Shown: positions 9,848-19,646, counted from the first letter of the stretch. The stretch is 64,000 nt of DNA from an uncultured Flavobacterium sp. (GCA_963513565.1 CAUPRE010000017.1:7445-71444); one strand, 5' to 3'. The notes: generated by a model from the sequence alone, not told the origin. Numbers and translations are program-made.

Positions 9848-10513
9848 ATGAAGCATTTAACAAAAGAGACTATTATACAAATGGATAAGATTTCAAAACT
9901 GAATCTTATTAACTCTTGCACGGGATATAAATCGGCAAATTTGATTGCCACCAAATCTATAGAAGGAGATACTAATGTAGCGGTATTTAGTAGCATCACA
10001 CACTTAGGAAGTAGCCCAGCTCTAATTGGTTTCATCATGCGCCCGACGACAGTACCTAGAGACACTTACAAAAACATTATGGAGACGGGCTACTTTACGG
10101 TAAATCATATTACGGTCGATATGATAGCTGACGCGCACCATACTTCAGCCAATTACGACACAGGCATTTCAGAATTTGATAAAACAAATTTAATAGAAGA
10201 GTACAAAAACAACCTTCCTATTCCATTTGTAAAAGGAAGTCCCGTACAATTATACTGTAAATATGTAAATGAGTATTTTATTAAAGAAAACGATACTATT
10301 CACGTCATTGCCTCAATAGAAGATTTATTTTTTAATGAAGAATTACAGCACAAAGACAGTTGGTTACAATTAGACAAGGCCAATGTAGTTTCATTGAATG
10401 GGCTAGACGGTTATAGTCTACCAAAATTAGTGGACCGTTTTCAATATGCAAGAAAAGACCAACCGACGACTTCCTTTTTTGACCAACAAAGCACATCAAA
10501 ATCAAATCTTTAA
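9848..10513 (+). CDS. flavin reductase family protein
   Basis: Flavin-reductase-like pattern (KSANLIATKS...NVAVFSSITHLGSSPALIGFIMRP). The track start at 9833 is a TTG, so I prefer the ATG at 9848. Confidence 0.65.
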   Translation: MKHLTKETIIQMDKISKLNLINSCTGYKSANLIATKSIEGDTNVAVFSSITHLGSSPALIGFIMRPTTVPRDTYKNIMETGYFTVNHITVDMIADAHHTSANYDTGISEFDKTNLIEEYKNNLPIPFVKGSPVQLYCKYVNEYFIKENDTIHVIASIEDLFFNEELQHKDSWLQLDKANVVSLNGLDGYSLPKLVDRFQYARKDQPTTSFFDQQSTSKSNL

Positions 10514-10628
10514 AAGATTATAGTAATACTACCCTAGCGATTTAAAATCTAATTGCGTCTATGATATTTATCAGTTTTTAAATCAATGCAATTCACAATA
10601 TTTGCATGGAATAAAATGCTATAAATAC

Positions 10629-12428
10629 ATGACTAACAAAAAATCACCACATACTTTTCACATTCCTGTGATGGGATTAGCTTATACGATAGATAGTCCT
10701 ATTCGCGTTGCTCAATATGGAATTTCTTCGGTAATTTCAATTGCGGATGATGAATTGATTGAAAAAATGAATGCTTTTTACAGCGAAAAATTTGAGATTC
10801 CTTACCAAGAAATCACTCAGAAAATTCACGACTATAGAGCTGAACGAATTACATCCTATCTTAATCTAGTAGATCGTATTGTAAAGAAAAAATTCGAGGA
10901 CTTCAAAACAGAATTAGTTGAGAGCAAACAGGCGTTAGACAATTACATCGCGCAGCTCCCAAATACATCTGATCTAAAGAAAGGCTTTTTGCAATTGATG
11001 GAAGAAGGTATCGCTTTTAAAGAAAACCTAAAACATTACATTGAGAACCAGCTAACACCAGGTGCCATTGATGTAAACATCATGACCAAACTAGACAAGG
11101 ACAATTCTGTAGGCAAAGAACAATTACCTGTTGAATTCAACGACGCTCATGCTGCATTAAGAGGTTTTGCCAATAGCAATTTAGGTTCTTCAGTAGTTTT
11201 AAGTGCCGGAATGAATCCAAGATTGTATAGTTATTTTGAGAACTTTCCTTGTTTTTTCCCAGATATAAACAATACGCTTAAAAAGAAAATAACCCTAAAG
11301 GTTAGCGATTTCCGTTCGGCTATGATACAAGGTAACTTTTTGGCTAAAAAAGGCCTTTGGGTTTCAGAATATCGCATAGAATCAGGATTGAATTGTGGCG
11401 GCCACGCATTTGCAACTGATGGCTTTTTGTTAGGCCCTATTTTGGAAGAATTCAAACAAAAGAAAGAGCAACTCATTCAATCAGCACATGACTTAATGGT
11501 AAAAGCATTAGGGCAAAAAGAACTTCCTGTACCCGAATCGCCATTAGAATTAAAAATCACAGTGCAAGGTGGTGTTGGCACTGCCTCAGAACATGATTTT
11601 TTATTGGAGCATTATCAAGTGGATTCTGTGGGATGGGGATCACCATTTTTATTAGTTCCAGAGGCAACTTCTGTAGACAACAAAACAAGAAAACTGCTAA
11701 CTGATGCAAAAGAAAGTGATTTTTATTTAAGTCATATTTCACCTTTAGGCGTTCCTTTTAACACCTTGAGAGGAACTAGTAATGAAATTGTAAGAGAAAA
11801 ACGCATACAAGCCAATAAAGCAGGTAGTTCTTGTCCAAAGAAATTCTTGGCTTTGCATAAAGATACTGAGGGCAATGGTATTTGTACCGCTTCGAAAAAA
11901 TTCCAAGACGAACAATTGGCTACTCTTGAAGAGAAAAAGCAAACGCTCAGCCTAGAACAATATGAAAGTTGCAAAAACAGCATTACCGAAAAATCTTGTC
12001 TTTGTGTTGGATTAGCCAATGCTTCATACTTGGAGAACAATATTCCAATAAAAGGGCAAGACCAAGGAATTGTAGTATGTCCTGGACCGAATTTAGCTTA
12101 TTTTGACCAAGAGGTTTCGTTGAAAAAAATGATTCAACACATTTATGGAAATGATACTGTACTTCGAGTGACTAATCGTCCAAACGTGTTCATCAAAGAA
12201 CTAAAGATGTACTTGGATTATTTCAAAAATGAATGCAAAACTGTTGCTTCAGAATCAACTGCAGCACAAATTAAGAAACTGCAATCATTCAAAAAAAATA
12301 TGTTAGAGGGAATTAGTTATTATCAAAATCTGCTGCCAAAAACAAGCTATTTTGAATCTATGACTAAAGAACTAGAAATGCAATTGCATGCTTTTCATCA
12401 AGAATTAAATTTTATAGAAGTAAAATAA
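10629..12428 (+). CDS. conserved hypothetical protein, possible FMN-dependent TIM-barrel oxidoreductase (function unknown)
   Basis: Long ORF. The track start at 10602 is a TTG, so I prefer the ATG at 10629. The motifs ESGLNCGGHAF and VQGGVGT...VGWGSPFLLVPE recall the E-x-GGH / GG-x-GT motifs of nitronate monooxygenase/PfaD-type enoyl reductases. Confidence 0.5.
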   Translation: MTNKKSPHTFHIPVMGLAYTIDSPIRVAQYGISSVISIADDELIEKMNAFYSEKFEIPYQEITQKIHDYRAERITSYLNLVDRIVKKKFEDFKTELVESKQALDNYIAQLPNTSDLKKGFLQLMEEGIAFKENLKHYIENQLTPGAIDVNIMTKLDKDNSVGKEQLPVEFNDAHAALRGFANSNLGSSVVLSAGMNPRLYSYFENFPCFFPDINNTLKKKITLKVSDFRSAMIQGNFLAKKGLWVSEYRIESGLNCGGHAFATDGFLLGPILEEFKQKKEQLIQSAHDLMVKALGQKELPVPESPLELKITVQGGVGTASEHDFLLEHYQVDSVGWGSPFLLVPEATSVDNKTRKLLTDAKESDFYLSHISPLGVPFNTLRGTSNEIVREKRIQANKAGSSCPKKFLALHKDTEGNGICTASKKFQDEQLATLEEKKQTLSLEQYESCKNSITEKSCLCVGLANASYLENNIPIKGQDQGIVVCPGPNLAYFDQEVSLKKMIQHIYGNDTVLRVTNRPNVFIKELKMYLDYFKNECKTVASESTAAQIKKLQSFKKNMLEGISYYQNLLPKTSYFESMTKELEMQLHAFHQELNFIEVK

Positions 12429-12581
12429 AGAATAGTAGAATTAGCAGCGTTTGAGACAAATGAATGCTACTCAAAATACCATTTAGTATGTACCTGTACT
12501 AGATTTCATGAGTAAAGAAGCACCTGAATTAGTTATAAGCTTCCCCTATATTTTGTCGTTCCTGTTCGTTTTATTACATAA

Positions 12582-12614
12582 AAAAGTCGGCTAGATTAAT
12601 CTAGCCGACTTTTG
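12582..12614. terminator. bidirectional intrinsic terminator (aaaagtcggctag / ctagccgactttt)
   Basis: A 13-bp perfect inverted repeat between convergent genes (10629..12428 on the plus strand and kynU on the minus strand), flanked by A- and T-runs. Confidence 0.75.
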
Positions 12615-12632
12615 GCTTTTATACCTGTATGA

Positions 12633-13925
12633 TTACTTTTTTTCTAAAATACCACGCTTGAGGATTTGTCCAAAATGGTACATATCTTCATAAGAAGTAT
12701 ACAAAGGAACAGGTGCTAAACGAATCACGTTCGGTTCTCTCCAGTCTGTTATTACTCCATTTTTCATCAAATAGTCGAACAAACTACGACCTTCACCGTG
12801 TAAAAAAACAGACAATTGCGAAGCTCGTTCCTCAGGATTACTTGGAGTGATAATCTCAAAAGTACTGTCTACTTCTTTATCTATTTCGTGTAAAATAAAT
12901 TCTAAATAAGAAGTTATATGGTCACGCTTTGCAATCAATGCCTCCATCCCCACTTCGTCAAATAAATGAACCGAAGCCAAATAAGGCGCTAAGGACAGAA
13001 TCGGTAAGTTACTAATTTGCCAACCATCGGCTCCGTGAACAGGATCAAATTGAGGTTCCATTTTGAAACGTCTTTCTTTGTTATGTCCCCACCAACCCGC
13101 AAATCTAGACAAAGTGCTGTCGTTGTGATGTTTTTGATGCACAAAACAACCTGAAGCATTTCCTGGACCTGAGTTCATGTATTTGTAACTGCACCAAGCG
13201 GCAAAATCCACATTCCAATCGTGTAGTTCTAGTTTTATATTTCCAGCAGCGTGTGCTAAGTCCCACCCTACTTTTGCTCCTACTTTATGACCTGCAGCAG
13301 TGATGGTTTTGATATCAAAAACTTGGCCGGTGTAATAGTTTACTCCTCCGATTAAAACCAGCGCCAGCTCATCGCCTACTTCGTTTATCTTGCTAATAAC
13401 ATCTTCGAGGCGAATGTTGTGTTCTCCTTCACGGCGTTTGATTTCAACTATGGCATCGTTTGCGTTGATTCCGCTGTTTTGAGCGTGAAATTGCACTTGA
13501 CTCTGAAACATGTATTGGTCAGAAGGAAAGGCTTTTTCTTCGCAAATGATTTTATATCTTTTAGGCGTAGGCTTATAAAAGGAAACCATCAACAAGTGAA
13601 GATTGACCGTTAGGGTATTCATCACCGTTACTTCGCTAGGCAAAGCGCCCACAATTTTACTCAATGGTGCTGCAAAACGTTCGTGATAATCCCACCAAGG
13701 TTTGTCGGCATAGAAATGACCTTCAACTGCAAGATTGGCCCAGTCGTTCATTACTTCATCAACATAGGTTTTGGTTCTTTTGGGTTGTATTCCAAGAGAG
13801 TTTCCAGTAAAATAAATTACCTTTTGGTTATTGACTTGCGGAAAAATAAATTCGTTTTGATAGCTTCTCAACGAATCTTGTGCATCTAATTGCTGTGCAA
13901 ATTCGAGCGTATTTTTGAAATTCAT
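12633..13925 (-). CDS. kynU: kynureninase
   Basis: PLP-lysine motif WCSYKYMNSGPG plus the N-terminal FIFP..N....IYFTGNSLG pattern typical of kynureninase. Confidence 0.9.
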   Translation of the reverse strand: MNFKNTLEFAQQLDAQDSLRSYQNEFIFPQVNNQKVIYFTGNSLGIQPKRTKTYVDEVMNDWANLAVEGHFYADKPWWDYHERFAAPLSKIVGALPSEVTVMNTLTVNLHLLMVSFYKPTPKRYKIICEEKAFPSDQYMFQSQVQFHAQNSGINANDAIVEIKRREGEHNIRLEDVISKINEVGDELALVLIGGVNYYTGQVFDIKTITAAGHKVGAKVGWDLAHAAGNIKLELHDWNVDFAAWCSYKYMNSGPGNASGCFVHQKHHNDSTLSRFAGWWGHNKERRFKMEPQFDPVHGADGWQISNLPILSLAPYLASVHLFDEVGMEALIAKRDHITSYLEFILHEIDKEVDSTFEIITPSNPEERASQLSVFLHGEGRSLFDYLMKNGVITDWREPNVIRLAPVPLYTSYEDMYHFGQILKRGILEKK

Positions 13926-14042
13926 AAGAGTTGTTTTGAGGGGTAAATGTAGTAAAAACCTAAATTCTATTACTTATTTGTGAAAAAATCTACAAGAATG
14001 TTTTTTGCTAAAACTGATTGTGCTTTTTGATTGGTGAAATTT

Positions 14043-14400
14043 AAACATATGAGACATAGAAGTTTTTTAACTGAATGGTTATGGAACCATATAAGGCATT
14101 AAAGGACATATAAGTTTGGAGTGGAAAATATTTTAATTTCTGTGCTTTGTATTGAAGATTTTAACATATGAGACATAGAAGTTTTTTAACTGTATGGTTA
14201 TGGAACCATATAAGGCATTAAAGGACATGTAAGTTTGGAGTACTAAATATTTTAATCTCTGTGATTTGTATTGAAGCTTTGAACATATGAGCCATTGAAG
14301 TTTTTAACTGGATATTCATGGAATCATATAAAGCAATAAAAGACATATAAGTCGTTGCTGTTGAATGTAATTTTGGAAAATTAATTTGTCTTTTTTTATC
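14043..14400. repeat. tandem repeat, about 3 units of ~119 bp (third unit degenerate)
   Basis: Units start near 14043, 14163 and 14282 (aacatatgagacatagaagttttttaactg.atggttatggaaccatataaggcattaaaggacat.taagtttggagt...tctgtg.tttgtattgaag). They lie in the intergenic space upstream of kynU. Confidence 0.85.
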
Positions 14401-14461
14401 TGTGAAAATCTGTGTATAAAAAACTATGCTTTTAAAGCATAAAAATTGTTTTGAAAAGGAG

Positions 14462-14600
14462 TTGCGTTAGGGATGGTAATGGAAATAAAGAGCACTGGCA
14501 CTGTAGTATTGCCCTAACGAGGAAGCGACCAACGGAAGCTCCCGCAGTAGGAGCAATAGTTAGTGCCAGCGCTCTTTATTGTAATGTACAGCCCGAAATA
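14462..14600. repeat. large GC-rich palindromic element (about 28-bp arms around a GC-rich core)
   Basis: The left arm ataaagagcactggcactgtagtattgc (14485..14512) pairs with the right arm gcaatagttagtgccagcgctctttatt (14553..14580). The core shares CGGGAG/GGGCAAT-type words with family D elements. Confidence 0.7.
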
Positions 14601-14605
14601 CGCCC

Positions 14606-14636
14606 AAAAAAAAATCTCGCCATTGCTGACGAGATT
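14606..14636 (-). terminator. intrinsic terminator downstream of queA
   Basis: On the minus strand: aatctcgtcagcaatggcgagat followed by a T9 run, directly after the queA stop. Confidence 0.7.
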
Positions 14637-14659
14637 GATTGAATATGTTTTTATGTGAT

Positions 14660-15709
14660 TTAAAGAATCAACATAGCATCTCCATAAGAATAAAATTTAT
14701 ATTCTTCTTTGATAGCCTCTTCGTAGGCACGTTTCATCAAATCGTGACCACAAAAAGCTGAAATCATCATTAATAAGGTTGATTTTGGCGTATGAAAATT
14801 GGTAATCATACAAGTGGCAATGCTAAAATCGTGTGGAGGAAAAATAAATTTATTGGTCCAACCATCAAAAGGATTTAAGGTGTTTTGAGAAGAAACTGAG
14901 CTTTCTACCGCACGCATGGAAGTAGTTCCTACGGTACAAATACGTTTTTTTCTTGCTTTGGCATCATTCACGACATCACAAGCTTCTTGTGTGATTTTTA
15001 GTTCTTCAGAATCCATTTTGTGTTTAGACAAATCTTCCACTTCTACTGGATTGAAAGTTCCTAAACCTACGTGAAGCGTAACCTCAGCAAACTTAACGCC
15101 TTTGATTTCTAATCGTTTTAATAAATGTTTAGAGAAGTGCAATCCTGCAGTTGGTGCTGCTACTGCTCCTTCTTCTTTAGCATAAATAGTTTGGTAACGT
15201 TCTGCATCTTCTGGAGTTACCTCTCTATTGATGTATTTTGGGATTGGAGTTTCTCCTAGCTCAGTCAATTTATTTCTGAATTCTTCATAAGAACCATCAT
15301 ATAAAAAACGTAGTGTTCTACCTCGAGAGGTTGTATTATCAATTACCTCAGCCACTAAAGAGTCGTCGTCACCAAAATACAATTTGTTTCCGATACGGAT
15401 TTTACGCGCCGGATCTACCAATACATCCCATAATCTTTGTTCTGCATTTAATTCTCTCAACAAGAAAACTTCAATTCTAGCACCGGTTTTTTCTTTGTTT
15501 CCATACAAACGCGCTGGAAAAACTTTGGTATTGTTTAAGATTAAAACATCGCCATCATCAAAATAATCAATTACGTCTTTGAACATTTTGTGCTCAATGG
15601 TTTGTTTTTTTCTATCGATTACCATCAAACGAGATTCGTCTCTGTTTTCTGCAGGGAATTCGGCTAAAAGTTCTTTTGGTAAATTGAAGTTAAAGTGGGA
15701 TAATTTCAT
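14660..15709 (-). CDS. queA: tRNA preQ1(34) S-adenosylmethionine ribosyltransferase-isomerase
   Basis: N-terminus [30 protein letters not shown] and the [10 protein letters not shown] motif. The length (349 aa) is typical. Confidence 0.93.
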   Translation of the reverse strand: MKLSHFNFNLPKELLAEFPAENRDESRLMVIDRKKQTIEHKMFKDVIDYFDDGDVLILNNTKVFPARLYGNKEKTGARIEVFLLRELNAEQRLWDVLVDPARKIRIGNKLYFGDDDSLVAEVIDNTTSRGRTLRFLYDGSYEEFRNKLTELGETPIPKYINREVTPEDAERYQTIYAKEEGAVAAPTAGLHFSKHLLKRLEIKGVKFAEVTLHVGLGTFNPVEVEDLSKHKMDSEELKITQEACDVVNDAKARKKRICTVGTTSMRAVESSVSSQNTLNPFDGWTNKFIFPPHDFSIATCMITNFHTPKSTLLMMISAFCGHDLMKRAYEEAIKEEYKFYSYGDAMLIL

Positions 15710-15904
15710 ATTTGAGTATTAAGATATTAGAAGTAAGTATTAAGACATGCTGACTTAATAAAAATCTGGCTGCAAATATACGATTCTCAAATAGGCGTTG
15801 TCAAGTGTTTTGGTGTTTATTTTGTTTATTGCCACAACGACGGGCATTTACAAACTTTTACCTTTGTGAAAGCCCATACAAAAAACGATAAAACGGAGTA
15901 GAAA

Positions 15905-17152
15905 TTAGATTTCGGCAGATTGAAACCCTAAACTTTTTAAATCTGTCCAAAAATCAGGGTATGACTTTGAAACCACTTCGGCATTGTTGATTATGATTGG
16001 AACACGCAAAGCTAATGGAGCAAAAGCCATTGCCATACGATGATCGTTATACGTATCTATCGCGATATTTGGCAAAATAGTACTAGTAGGTTCCAAAGTC
16101 AAACTATCGTTAGTAACAGTAATGGCTGCGCCTAATTTTGTTAGTTCAATTCGAAGGGCTTCCAAGCGATCCGTTTCTTTAATTTTTAGGGTATGTAATC
16201 CCGTTAAATGACAGCCTATACCAAGTCCCAAACAAGTAACAACAATGGTTTGCGCAATATCTGGTGTATTATTCAAATCGAAAGTAACCGATTGATAATC
16301 GAAATTAGGCTGCTTTACCAAGGTCAGTTTATTTTCTTCAAAACGAGCCTCGACTCCCATTTTGGCGTAGATTTCAACCAAAGCCGAATCGCCTTGCAAA
16401 CTTGATTCTTTATAGCTACTCAATACGATAACGGCTTCGTTCGACAAAGCTGCCAAACTGAAAAAGTAAGACGCAGAACTCCAATCGGATTCGACAAGCC
16501 CCCTAGCCCCCGAAGGAGGAACTTCAGCTAATGGCTTAACCACTATTGTATTTCCTTCAAAACTTGTTACTGCGCCAATTTGATTGAGCAAGGCCAATGT
16601 CATTTTGATGTATGGAACAGAAGTAATTTCGCCAACCAAGGTCAATTCGATTCCATTTTCTAATTTTGGAGCCACTAACAAAAGTGCCGAAATGTATTGA
16701 CTACTTACATTGGCAGGAATACTCACTTTGGATTGGGTTATTTTTTGACCTTTGATTCGGATAGGTGGGAATCCCGGTTCTTTTTCGTAATAAATTTTAG
16801 CACCTAATTGTTGCAATGCTTCAACTAATACTTTTATGGGACGCTCAGTCATACGCTGAGAGCCTGTCAAAACTACTTCTTTTCCTTCGCTTACTGCAAA
16901 AAAAGCCGTTAAGAAACGCATGGCAGTTCCTGCATGATGAATATCTATAAGTTGAGAATCAGCACCCGAAAACTGAGTATTCTGCAAGGCTTTGGTCATC
17001 ACTTCCGAATCATCAGAATTGGAAGTATTGTCCAAAACAAGATTGGGATATAATGCCTGCAACAATAACAATCTGTTGGTTTCGCTTTTGGAACCAGTGA
17101 TTGAGATAGTAGCATTGAGATTTGAAATTGCAGAATGTAGTTGTAAATTCAT
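15905..17152 (-). CDS. aroA: 3-phosphoshikimate 1-carboxyvinyltransferase (EPSP synthase)
   Basis: GSKSETNRLLLL, AGTAMRFL and SDWSSASYF motifs. The track start at 17227 is a GTG, so I prefer the ATG at 17152 (MNLQLHS...). Carries an in-frame repeat insertion at 16498..16519. Confidence 0.9.
   Translation of the reverse strand: MNLQLHSAISNLNATISITGSKSETNRLLLLQALYPNLVLDNTSNSDDSEVMTKALQNTQFSGADSQLIDIHHAGTAMRFLTAFFAVSEGKEVVLTGSQRMTERPIKVLVEALQQLGAKIYYEKEPGFPPIRIKGQKITQSKVSIPANVSSQYISALLLVAPKLENGIELTLVGEITSVPYIKMTLALLNQIGAVTSFEGNTIVVKPLAEVPPSGARGLVESDWSSASYFFSLAALSNEAVIVLSSYKESSLQGDSALVEIYAKMGVEARFEENKLTLVKQPNFDYQSVTFDLNNTPDIAQTIVVTCLGLGIGCHLTGLHTLKIKETDRLEALRIELTKLGAAITVTNDSLTLEPTSTILPNIAIDTYNDHRMAMAFAPLALRVPIIINNAEVVSKSYPDFWTDLKSLGFQSAEI
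16498..16519. repeat. family A GC hairpin element (CCTCCTTCGGGGGCTAGGGGGC) inside the aroA CDS
   Basis: The same about 24-nt element occurs at 30830, 41860, 56419 and 59514. Here it is translated in frame as PPSGARGL just before the conserved ESDWSSASYF motif. Confidence 0.85.
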
Positions 17153-17258
17153 GGCTGTATAAAAGATGTTGTGAGCTGTGCTTTGTATTACCGCTCCAAT
17201 AATTTTGGGGTGCAATTTACAATTCACAACTCACAATTCACAATTTAGCCTTGACTAA

Positions 17259-17585
17259 TTATTTTAGTTTTTCGTTGTTTTTGTGACGATTTTTATCTCG
17301 AACAGATTTCAAATCCATTTTTTTATCAAAAGCGGCTTGCAAATCAATTCCTGTTTGATTGGCTAAACACAATACTACAAAAACTACATCGGCCAATTCT
17401 TCACCTAAATCTTTATTTTTATCGCTTTCTTTCTCGGACTGTTCTCCATAACGACGCGCGATGATTCGGGCTACCTCGCCTACTTCTTCGGTGAGTTGTG
17501 CCATATTGGTCAGTTCGTTAAAATAGCGAACGCCGTGTTCTTTAATCCAATTATCTACGTCGAGTTGCGAGTTTTTCAAGTTCAT
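17259..17585 (-). CDS. MazG-like nucleotide pyrophosphohydrolase family protein
   Basis: 108 aa. Contains the EEVGEVARII...ELADVVFVVLCLAN motif pattern (the EExxE...ExxD of all-alpha NTP pyrophosphatases). Confidence 0.75.
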   Translation of the reverse strand: MNLKNSQLDVDNWIKEHGVRYFNELTNMAQLTEEVGEVARIIARRYGEQSEKESDKNKDLGEELADVVFVVLCLANQTGIDLQAAFDKKMDLKSVRDKNRHKNNEKLK

Positions 17586-17658
17586 AATAGCTTATTTTGC
17601 TTCAAAGGTAACTAAAGTCAATAAAGTTTGGAAGGGACAAATGCTATACTAAAGATCA

Positions 17659-19644
17659 TTACACTTTTTTTAAGACGATTTTTTCGTTCAACTTATCGAT
17701 GGTTCTTTGAAAAAACTCTTTTAACATTTCATAATAATCCATGGGAACAATAACCTTATTTATTTGGCTACTTACCACCACTTGTAAAACATTTTCTTCC
17801 AATTTAGCATCATAAAAAAAACTAGCCAAATTATCTTGTGCATTAAGTCTTATAGGTGTGGGCAAATTCTCCAAAACATAACCCTGAGGCATCTCGATGT
17901 TAATGATAAACTTCTCTTGATTTGTAGGTCCAAAATAAATGGGCATTTTCCTGTCTTGCGTTTTAAATGGATTCTTCAATTCCTTAAAAAACAACAAAGG
18001 ATTGAGGTACATTTTATTTCCAATAACATCAAAAGAATGCTCTATTTCAAAAGAATAGGACTCCACCAAAGGTTTAGACAAATCGGTTTTAAGGTTCGTT
18101 ATGCTATAATCTGATATCGTTAAACCATTATGTTGACTTTCAATTTTCTCTACATGCATCTCTGTAGTTACATCTGCATTCTTTTCTCGAAAGGCTAGTG
18201 CTTCAAAATCGGTCTTTTGATTTTTATAGGTTCCTTTTAATACTCCGTTAGCATCTATTTTGCCATTGATTCCGAAGATGCTTTTAGACAAAGCAGTATC
18301 TGTTAATTTTACCTCGGTAGAATTCCCATCCGATTGAAGCATTCTCCCTGACCAGTTTACTAAGGGCAATGGATAAACATTTGGAGTGGTAAATTTATTC
18401 GCCGCATCTAACAAATAATTTTTGCCATCTGCAATTACAGAAACCATTACATAATTAAAACCGGTTCGCCCAGGAAAAACAGAAATTCCGTTATCAATTG
18501 TGCTTGCTAAGACAGGACTTGCATTAAAGCCAACAATATTAAGCATATTAATCAGGATAAAATTAATCTCAGCCACATTACCAGTTGACGTTTCATATGC
18601 CTTCTCAACTCCTTTATCCACATAAACCCCAAAAGTTTTATTCCAATTCATTTTTTCTTGCACATGCTTGAAAATGGCTTCCATTTTTTCAGTTTGTGTC
18701 GTTTTTCCTTCGACACAGCTGCTAACATAAGGAACAAAATACTTACTTTTTAGCAGTTCTGCTCCAAATTCCTTTTCCTTAAATATAGTCTTCGAAACGC
18801 CTTCCCATGTTATAGAATAGTCCTTATCGGGTTTGTCTGTGTAACGAACTCGTTCTAATTCTTGCTGGATTTTTGAAGTATAATTTTCAATATTGTTGAC
18901 AAAACTTTCCTCATGCAGGGGAGGTACATTTTGTACCTCATATTTAGTGTTTATTTGTGTAAAATTTAAATAAGACATTTGACGAAACTGATTTTCAAAA
19001 GAACATGAACCTTTCGTGATTTCATTAGTCGAGTTAACCTCAACGTAACCATTAAGTATACTTTTGTAAATGTACATGTCTGGAATTTCAGTAGTGTATT
19101 CAAAATTATTTACAGGAATATTGTACTGGATAATCATGTCAGGAAATTTGAAAATATTTTCAGATTTGTGCAAATATTTAAACTCCAATACAGAACCTTC
19201 TTTAACATTTGAAAAAGTGATACTTGTTTTTTTCCAAAATTTATTGATTTGTTCAACAAAACTTCCTTCACTCTTTACCTTTGTTTTGGTCACTTTACCT
19301 TGTTCTAAATTGTATGTAACCGCCTCCGAAAACTTAATTTGATCAGGATTCAATTCTTCATATCCTATATAATACGGAAGAGCAAATGTTGCCCATTTCA
19401 ACCCTTCTTTTTTATAGATTTTGATTCTATATGCTACTTCATGATTAGCAATAAAACCTGCTTTAACATTGTATGTAAAGAAGGTTCTTGCCTTTTTATA
19501 CAATATTGCAGCAACTGCGGAAGAATCTTTGGGGTGCTGCATTTCCTCAAGTTCTGTTACAGTTACTTTACCCAATTTAAAATCTTGTGCATTAGTTGAA
19601 CTTATCAAAACAAAAAACAATAGAAAAAAAAAGTTTTTTTTCAT
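17659..19644 (-). CDS. DUF3857/DUF3858-type exported protein (transglutaminase-like fold, catalytic Cys absent)
   Basis: Signal peptide MKKNFFFLLFFVLISSTNAQ. Paralogous to 19647..21659. The position equivalent to the GDC motif reads TGNVAEIN. Confidence 0.65.
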   Translation of the reverse strand: MKKNFFFLLFFVLISSTNAQDFKLGKVTVTELEEMQHPKDSSAVAAILYKKARTFFTYNVKAGFIANHEVAYRIKIYKKEGLKWATFALPYYIGYEELNPDQIKFSEAVTYNLEQGKVTKTKVKSEGSFVEQINKFWKKTSITFSNVKEGSVLEFKYLHKSENIFKFPDMIIQYNIPVNNFEYTTEIPDMYIYKSILNGYVEVNSTNEITKGSCSFENQFRQMSYLNFTQINTKYEVQNVPPLHEESFVNNIENYTSKIQQELERVRYTDKPDKDYSITWEGVSKTIFKEKEFGAELLKSKYFVPYVSSCVEGKTTQTEKMEAIFKHVQEKMNWNKTFGVYVDKGVEKAYETSTGNVAEINFILINMLNIVGFNASPVLASTIDNGISVFPGRTGFNYVMVSVIADGKNYLLDAANKFTTPNVYPLPLVNWSGRMLQSDGNSTEVKLTDTALSKSIFGINGKIDANGVLKGTYKNQKTDFEALAFREKNADVTTEMHVEKIESQHNGLTISDYSITNLKTDLSKPLVESYSFEIEHSFDVIGNKMYLNPLLFFKELKNPFKTQDRKMPIYFGPTNQEKFIINIEMPQGYVLENLPTPIRLNAQDNLASFFYDAKLEENVLQVVVSSQINKVIVPMDYYEMLKEFFQRTIDKLNEKIVLKKV

Positions 19645-19646
19645 TC

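Noticed and set aside
14043-14400. Possible CRISPR array
   Set aside because: The period is about 119 bp with no unique spacers between short repeats, the units are contiguous, and no cas genes are present. It is a tandem repeat, not a CRISPR array.
14451-14642. 63-aa ORF in the kynU-queA spacer
   Set aside because: It is encoded entirely by the GC-rich palindromic element plus the queA terminator. The open frame is a by-product of GC-rich repeat composition.
17153-17227. N-terminal extensions implied by the ORF track (aroA 17227, DUF3857 23624, GT9 36565, Hcy-MT 41947, Uma2 56339, OsmC 58161, yhcG 59355, flavin reductase 9833, unknown enzyme 10602)
   Set aside because: Most of these track starts are GTG/TTG codons or run through repeat elements, and in each case a downstream ATG aligns better with the conserved N-terminus or signal peptide.
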